From: Bacteroidota bacterium
GTDB lineage: Bacteria; Bacteroidota; Bacteroidia; Palsa-965
Reading direction: 5' to 3'
Assembly (NCBI GenBank): GCA_046046005.1
Contig: JBJOKQ010000003.1
Span: forward strand, 1-43,156
DNA length: 43,156 bases
The position numbers and the translations under genes were made by a program. Positions 38,354 to 43,156 of this stretch are shown here, one piece after another. How positions within the stretch are numbered: the stretch's first letter is position 1; every line of letters starts with the position of its first letter. The notes under the pieces are model-generated. The model was not told where the DNA came from and did not search any database. It worked only from the letters and a program-made list of their open reading frames with translations.

Positions 38354-39352
38354 TTATTGAATGATAAGCGGCTTTGTTGTTACGCCTGTTTCTGTAAGCA
38401 CGCTTACGAAATACATTCCTTTCTGCATGCCGTTCAAATCAAGGCGAACAGAAGATGAGTTGTTCGATTGCTGCTCACTGATTACGCGACCGCTTGCATC
38501 AACAAGTGTTACTGTAATTTCACTGCCGGGCGTATTGATGAAGCAATATTCCGTTGCAGGATTCGGATAAAGAGAAAATCCTTCACGTGAAAATTCTTCA
38601 ACGGAAACTGTTACAAGATTGTAGAACAAATACACGGAACTGTCGGCAGGTAATCCGTTCATCAATGTATAATTCGGAACATCGGTTTCCGTTCCGCTTG
38701 ATCCGCTGACATAAATTCCGTTACCGAGCAAATACATGCTGTTGGTTGAGTTCATCGCGAATGGAGCAATTCCTACAACAGGTCCTGTTCCGCCTCCTAA
38801 GCTGATAGCATCAACATAAGAAGTTCCGTAATGACATTCAACATTGCCGCTGAATTCGTGAATCCAGATTTGAAAGTTCACGAAGTTGGTGAGCAGTGCA
38901 GATGTGTCTTCGTAGAAGCCAGCATTTCTCCATTCGAGTTTCATGATGCGCGCTCCCGGATTACCGCTTACTTCGTAAAGTATCGGTGATTGTCCGCCGC
39001 CCTTCGACATCAAATCCATCGAACCGAAATTCGTAACGAATTCGCCGAACGGCATGATCACATGCACAGTGTCATTTACATCCCAAGGATCGAGTCCTGA
39101 CCAATCGTTATAAAATATAAGCGTACTGTTTGCTTCAATTAAAACGGAATCGTACCAAGCGCCATATACATTCACCTGGAACGGTAAACCGAAGCGCACG
39201 TAATCGTCGTCCCACGTCCACGCACTCATGTCAAGCGTATCCGCGCCTGAGAGCGGAGTGTACACACCAGTGGTATCAGTAAATGAATATTGTGCTTTTA
39301 ATCCGGAAACGGACAAAAGACAGATCAGTAAAGCAGTGTAAATTTTTTTCAT
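38354..39352 (-). CDS. T9SS type A cargo protein of unknown function
   Basis: Signal peptide ending LKA-Q; C-terminal LYPNPATE...DASGR...LNGMQKGMYFV...TKPLIIQ. Confidence 0.85.
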   Translation of the reverse strand: MKKIYTALLICLLSVSGLKAQYSFTDTTGVYTPLSGADTLDMSAWTWDDDYVRFGLPFQVNVYGAWYDSVLIEANSTLIFYNDWSGLDPWDVNDTVHVIMPFGEFVTNFGSMDLMSKGGGQSPILYEVSGNPGARIMKLEWRNAGFYEDTSALLTNFVNFQIWIHEFSGNVECHYGTSYVDAISLGGGTGPVVGIAPFAMNSTNSMYLLGNGIYVSGSSGTETDVPNYTLMNGLPADSSVYLFYNLVTVSVEEFSREGFSLYPNPATEYCFINTPGSEITVTLVDASGRVISEQQSNNSSSVRLDLNGMQKGMYFVSVLTETGVTTKPLIIQ

Positions 39353-39439
39353 GGTTGAAATTTTACCTGAGACAGCTCAGCGTGTGAATTTGTTACACGA
39401 AAGTAGACGTTTATTGTAGTGAAAGGTTGCGGATATAAA

Positions 39440-39590
39440 ATGAAAAAGACCGGTTTCCCCTCCGGTCTTTTTCGTGTGCTGGTGTGTTGAGCAGAATAAG
39501 GTGTGTTGAGCAAACCCAGATTCCAATGTATCATCCCCAAAACCCCTTTCGGACAATCACTGTAAACAGCAATTGAATTGATGATCCAGC
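39440..39590 (-). ncRNA. Candidate small non-coding RNA or attenuated leader (~150 nt)
   Basis: Bounded by TACTTTTG (-7 element, minus strand, 39595-39602) and the 39442-39473 terminator. Contains a 13-nt direct repeat. No family recognised. Confidence 0.4.
39442..39473 (-). terminator. Strong intrinsic terminator with no CDS ending next to it
   Basis: 12-bp stem GAAAAAGACCGG / CCGGTCTTTTTC with T runs on both strands. Confidence 0.75.
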
Positions 39591-39725
39591 GATACAAAAG
39601 TAATAGCGGTATTTTAGCTCCTGTAATTCAATTTTAGCTAAAACTTTGCGTAAGTTGACGCGATTCCTTAACTTCAGACTTCCAATTGATTAAAATCAGG
39701 TTAATATCCTGTTAATATTGATAGA

Positions 39726-40607
39726 ATGAAAGCACTTCCGTTCAAAATACCCGTAACAACACGTGAGTCGGTTGTAGTTGAAGAAGATATTCAGCCGCAT
39801 TTCTACACATACCTTCATCAACATGAGGAAGTGCAGCTCACGTGGATTTTGAAAGGCGAAGGAACGTTGCTCGCCGGAAATTACACGGGGAACTTCGGTT
39901 CCGGAGATATTTATTGGTTTGGTCCGAATCAGCCGCATGTATTTCGTTGCGACTCTGTTTACTTTCAGAATAAATCGTGGTTGAAAGCGCAATCAATATC
40001 TGTGTTCTTTCGTGTAGATGACCCTTCGCAAGGCGGGTTGCTTTCATTGCCTGAATTGGGATCGTTGCGAAAGTTTGCGGTGCGCAGTCAAGGCGGTTTC
40101 CGGATTGATCCCGAACATTATGTTGAGCTTACAGAAGCATTTCTGAAAGTTCGCGTGCAACACGGTTTAGCGCGACTCACTGCATTCATGCAATTGATCG
40201 ATCAGGTGCTCAATCACAGCAAGCACATTCCGCTTTCTGATGAACCTATCGGCATGCAGATGTCGGAGAAAGAAGGTTCGCGCATGCATTCCATTTTCGA
40301 TTACACACTGAAAAATTTCCACAAGGATATTTCAGTGACCGACGCGTCGAATGTTGTGCACATGACACCTGAAGCGTTCTGCAGATTTTTCAAAAAGCAC
40401 ACGCGTAAAACGTATGTAACGTTTCTTAATGAAATCAGAATTGAAAATGCCTGTCGTAAACTGAAAAACGGCGACGACAAACTGGTTGCAGAAATTGCTT
40501 ACTCCTGCGGATTCGGAAATGTCTCGCATTTCAATCGTGTATTCCGTAAGGTAACGGGCAAGACTCCGAAAGCCTATCAGCAGGCACAACTCGCGAGAAT
40601 GAAATAG
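39726..40607 (+). CDS. AraC family transcriptional regulator with cupin sensor domain
   Basis: LHQHEEVQLTWILKGEG and NQPHVF cupin motifs; C-terminal AFCRFFKKHT...IAYSCGFGNVSHFNRVFRKVTGKTPKAY. Confidence 0.95.
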   Translation: MKALPFKIPVTTRESVVVEEDIQPHFYTYLHQHEEVQLTWILKGEGTLLAGNYTGNFGSGDIYWFGPNQPHVFRCDSVYFQNKSWLKAQSISVFFRVDDPSQGGLLSLPELGSLRKFAVRSQGGFRIDPEHYVELTEAFLKVRVQHGLARLTAFMQLIDQVLNHSKHIPLSDEPIGMQMSEKEGSRMHSIFDYTLKNFHKDISVTDASNVVHMTPEAFCRFFKKHTRKTYVTFLNEIRIENACRKLKNGDDKLVAEIAYSCGFGNVSHFNRVFRKVTGKTPKAYQQAQLARMK

Positions 40608-40651
40608 TCGCACTTGCGAACGGCTGCATTTTTCTTTCCCGCCCATTTGGC

Positions 40652-40659
40652 TAACTTTG
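40652..40659 (+). promoter_or_regulatory. Bacteroidota -7 element for the dlt-like operon
   Basis: TAACTTTG, 27 nt before ATG 40687. Confidence 0.55.
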
Positions 40660-40686
40660 CGACACAGTCATTAAGTAAAATGCACT

Positions 40687-40929
40687 ATGAATAACGAAGA
40701 GATCCGTAATATCATCCGAGGTAAAGTCAAGGATCTGACCTTCGTTAATGCAACGGACGATCAATCATTGCTCAAAGCAAAACTTCTCGACTCGATTATT
40801 GTAGTTGACCTTGCAGTTGAATTGGAGCAGGAGTTCGGATTCAAAATTCCGTTCACTGAAATTACAGAAGATAATTTCGAAACGATAAGTTCCATCGCTG
40901 CTTATATTCAGTCGCGAATCACCGCATAA
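40687..40929 (+). CDS. Acyl/aminoacyl carrier protein, DltC-like
   Basis: 80 aa, acidic; phosphopantetheine site LLDSIIVVDL...ELEQEFG..IP; immediately upstream of the DltD-like gene. Confidence 0.8.
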   Translation: MNNEEIRNIIRGKVKDLTFVNATDDQSLLKAKLLDSIIVVDLAVELEQEFGFKIPFTEITEDNFETISSIAAYIQSRITA

Positions 40930-40933
40930 ACGG

Positions 40934-42169
40934 ATGAAAGATTTCCTGTTCAAACATTTGATTCCATTGTCATTGGCAATGGGAATTGCAATTGTTTTGC
41001 TGAATACAGGTTTCCGCGATTTCGCATTTCGTGAGGACAGAAGAAATCTAAAAACGCAAGAAGTAACCGGTTGGCCTGTGCGTTTGTTTCCTTCGTTGGT
41101 ACAGAATCCTTCCGACTACGAACTCTTCACCACGCATTGGTTGCAATCTGATCCGATTGTGATTTTCGGGTCTTCTGAACTTTCATACTACAATTACAAA
41201 TCCATTCCGTATCACTTCTTTTCAGAACGCGGCATTCCCTGTGCAGGAATCGGTTCCGCCGGGAATCAATGCATGAACATTATGGGTCAGCTGATGTTTC
41301 TGAAACCCCATGTCAGAAAGATGCGTGTTGTGATCATGCTTTCTCCAGGATGGTTTGAAGAATATTCGGAAGGAACGGCTCTGGAAAATTTTCTCTTCTC
41401 TCAAAACGATCACACGTTGCATTTGATGAACGGAATGAACGACTCAGAATCCATGCGGTACATTGATGCATACGTGAGTGAAAACATCAACGCAATTTCA
41501 CACCCTTCATCTGTGTTGAGTATGATGGCTTATCGTCACCGCATACATGAAGTTCCGTTAGGAGAAGTTGTTTACAGCCCGCTGTTTAATTATCACGAAC
41601 ATTTCAGTGCATACAAAGCAGACAGAATGCAATCGCTGTGGAATGCGGGCAGAAGTAATTGGTCGTACAGCAACACAACGTCACCCGATGCAACTGTGAT
41701 AGATTATCATGCGCTTGAGTTTAATTGGGACAGCGCAATCTCTGCTGAACGAAAAATGTTTCTCGAAATCAGCAACGGGAACGATCGTTCGGTGAACAAC
41801 GAATATTACGAACAGTGGTTAAAAGGAAAACCATTACATCATTTGAAAATCCGCCCGATTGCAGAGCAAAGAGAATTTGCAGATCTGAAGATGCTGTTAC
41901 AGTTTCTGAAAGAATGCGGATGCAAACCTTTGTTCGTGATGCAACCTTTCAATCCGTATTGTATGCAGAATCTGAAGGAGTTCGATCAAACCGAAAAAGA
42001 AGTGGCGCAGTTGGTGACTTCAGGCGGATTCGAATACTTCTCCCTTTACACGTCAGATAAAAAGACCTATCAACCCGGAACGTTGACGGATATACATCAC
42101 CTCGGAGAAGCAGGCTGGTACATGATCAACCGAAAAATCAACTCTTACTTTTTCGAAGACAAAAAATGA
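40934..42169 (+). CDS. dltD: DltD-like membrane-anchored SGNH-type acyltransferase
   Basis: N-terminal TM; IFGSSEL (catalytic Ser block); VVIMLSPGWF; EFADLKMLL; DIHHLGEAGW (D-x-x-H-L-G-x-x-G-W). All resemble DltD blocks. Confidence 0.8.
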   Translation: MKDFLFKHLIPLSLAMGIAIVLLNTGFRDFAFREDRRNLKTQEVTGWPVRLFPSLVQNPSDYELFTTHWLQSDPIVIFGSSELSYYNYKSIPYHFFSERGIPCAGIGSAGNQCMNIMGQLMFLKPHVRKMRVVIMLSPGWFEEYSEGTALENFLFSQNDHTLHLMNGMNDSESMRYIDAYVSENINAISHPSSVLSMMAYRHRIHEVPLGEVVYSPLFNYHEHFSAYKADRMQSLWNAGRSNWSYSNTTSPDATVIDYHALEFNWDSAISAERKMFLEISNGNDRSVNNEYYEQWLKGKPLHHLKIRPIAEQREFADLKMLLQFLKECGCKPLFVMQPFNPYCMQNLKEFDQTEKEVAQLVTSGGFEYFSLYTSDKKTYQPGTLTDIHHLGEAGWYMINRKINSYFFEDKK

Positions 42170-42300
42170 AAAAAGCGCTGTTTCATTTTCTACTCTACAC
42201 AGTTCTGATTTGCGGATTGATCTATCTGTATTATCCGTTCAACGATAATTCAGAAACGCGTCCGTCTTCACAAATTCAATTCGTATACCAGAACTTCTGA
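42166..42300 (+). CDS. dltX: DltX-like 44-aa single-TM acyl-shuttle peptide (not in ORF track)
   Basis: Hand translation: MKKALFHFLLYTVLICGLIYLYYPFNDNSETRPSSQIQFVYQNF*. ATGA overlap with the dltD stop; C-terminal F-x-Y-x-x-F like FIYNEF of DltX; 1 nt before the MBOAT start. Confidence 0.75.
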   Translation: MKKALFHFLLYTVLICGLIYLYYPFNDNSETRPSSQIQFVYQNF

Positions 42301-42301
42301 G

Positions 42302-43156
42302 ATGCTTCCGTTCACCGGCATAGATTTCTTTCTGCTCTCCGCAATATTTCTGCTGAGCGTTTATGCTGTTAAAGCAATTGCGGGCACGCGATTCCCGCTA
42401 AAATGGTTGCTGCTGTCAGGATCTTTAATCTACGTTGTGTGGTATGTGCCGCATGCAATAAGCGCTTTCGCATTTCTTACATATACTTATCTCGTTTATT
42501 ACTGTGCAGAATATGTTTTTAAATCGGAAAAGAAATGGCCGGCAGTAATTCTGTTGCTCGCTCCTATGATTCTCGTCAAAGCATCCGTAGCGGTTGATGT
42601 AATTTCTTTCACAGGACTTTCGTACATCACGTTCCGTGTTATTCAGATTTATCTCGACAATAACAGGAATGAAAAACCTGTGCGCCCCGACGATTACGCA
42701 CTGTTTATGTTTTTCACGCCAACTTTGATGATCGGTCCTATTGATCGTTTCAAAAGATTCAACGATGATGTGAAAACAGGATTCGCTTCGTTGACGATTA
42801 CAAATTTCACACAGGGTTGGGAAATGGTGTTGCTCGGCCTGGTGCAGAAGTTCGTTCTCGCGGAGGCGATTAATAGATATTTACTTTCTCCTCTGAACAC
42901 TGAAAGCACTTCATTGTCTGAAATGCTCAGCAACATGTATGTGTATGCGTTCTATTTGTATTTCGACTTTGCAGGATATTCTTCACTCGCGGCAGGTTTT
43001 GCAAAACTCATCGGAATCAATGTGCCTCAAAACTTTAACAACCCTTTTATCGCAGTCAATCCTCAGGATTTCTGGAGACGCTGGCATGCATCGCTCAGTG
43101 ATTGGCTCCGCGATTATCTGTTCCGTCCGTATTACAAATGGATTTCGGGAAAAGAA
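42302..43156 (+). CDS. dltB: DltB-like MBOAT membrane acyltransferase; 3' truncated by window edge (not in ORF track)
   Basis: Hand translation from ATG 42302: MLPFTGIDFF..., FTGLSYITFRVIQ, FFTPTLMIGPIDRFKRF, YAFYLYFDFAGYS, PQNFKQPF, DFWRRWHASLSDWLRDYLFRP. Open to the window end. Confidence 0.85.
   Translation, partial: MLPFTGIDFFLLSAIFLLSVYAVKAIAGTRFPLKWLLLSGSLIYVVWYVPHAISAFAFLTYTYLVYYCAEYVFKSEKKWPAVILLLAPMILVKASVAVDVISFTGLSYITFRVIQIYLDNNRNEKPVRPDDYALFMFFTPTLMIGPIDRFKRFNDDVKTGFASLTITNFTQGWEMVLLGLVQKFVLAEAINRYLLSPLNTESTSLSEMLSNMYVYAFYLYFDFAGYSSLAAGFAKLIGINVPQNFNNPFIAVNPQDFWRRWHASLSDWLRDYLFRPYYKWISGKE

Noticed and set aside
39481-39512. Direct repeat GGTGTGTTGAGCA as a possible CRISPR remnant
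   Set aside because: Only two 13-nt copies 6 nt apart, and no cas genes; repeat and spacer sizes do not fit.
39349-39597. 82-aa ORF in the intergenic region
   Set aside because: It starts inside the promoter element, runs through a strong terminator and has no recognisable protein features.
1-43156. Prophage, transposon, defence island, rRNA or tRNA
   Set aside because: No integrase, transposase, phage structural gene, nuclease/ATPase defence gene or structural RNA signature was recognised.

Overview
A 43 kb chromosomal window from a Bacteroidota organism. The assignment rests on type IX secretion C-terminal domains, TAnnTTTG -7 promoter elements, a homodimeric glycine-tRNA ligase and nrdB-nrdA order. 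The window is gene-dense and I see no rRNA, tRNA, CRISPR array, integrase or transposase. Housekeeping content: ALDH7-type dehydrogenase (partial), TlpA, truA, osmC-metZ with divergent metX, class Ia ribonucleotide reductase and glyQS. It also holds a CarH/LitR-headed carotenoid operon (crtI-crtB-idi-crtZ-crtYcd), three T9SS cargo proteins and four membrane-anchored sensor/PP2C(SpoIIE) phosphatases. The best leads are: (1) a dlt-like envelope acylation operon at the right edge in the order dltC-dltD-dltX-dltB, where the 44-aa DltX-like peptide (ending FVYQNF) and the MBOAT gene are both missing from the ORF track, in a diderm phylum not known to make teichoic acids; (2) a translationally coupled desaturase / unknown protein / HTTM operon; (3) a candidate ~150-nt small RNA with its own promoter element and terminator, divergent from an AraC gene; (4) a structured non-coding element plus terminator upstream of a large adhesin-like gene. 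All calls come from reading motifs by eye; no searches or folding computations were run.
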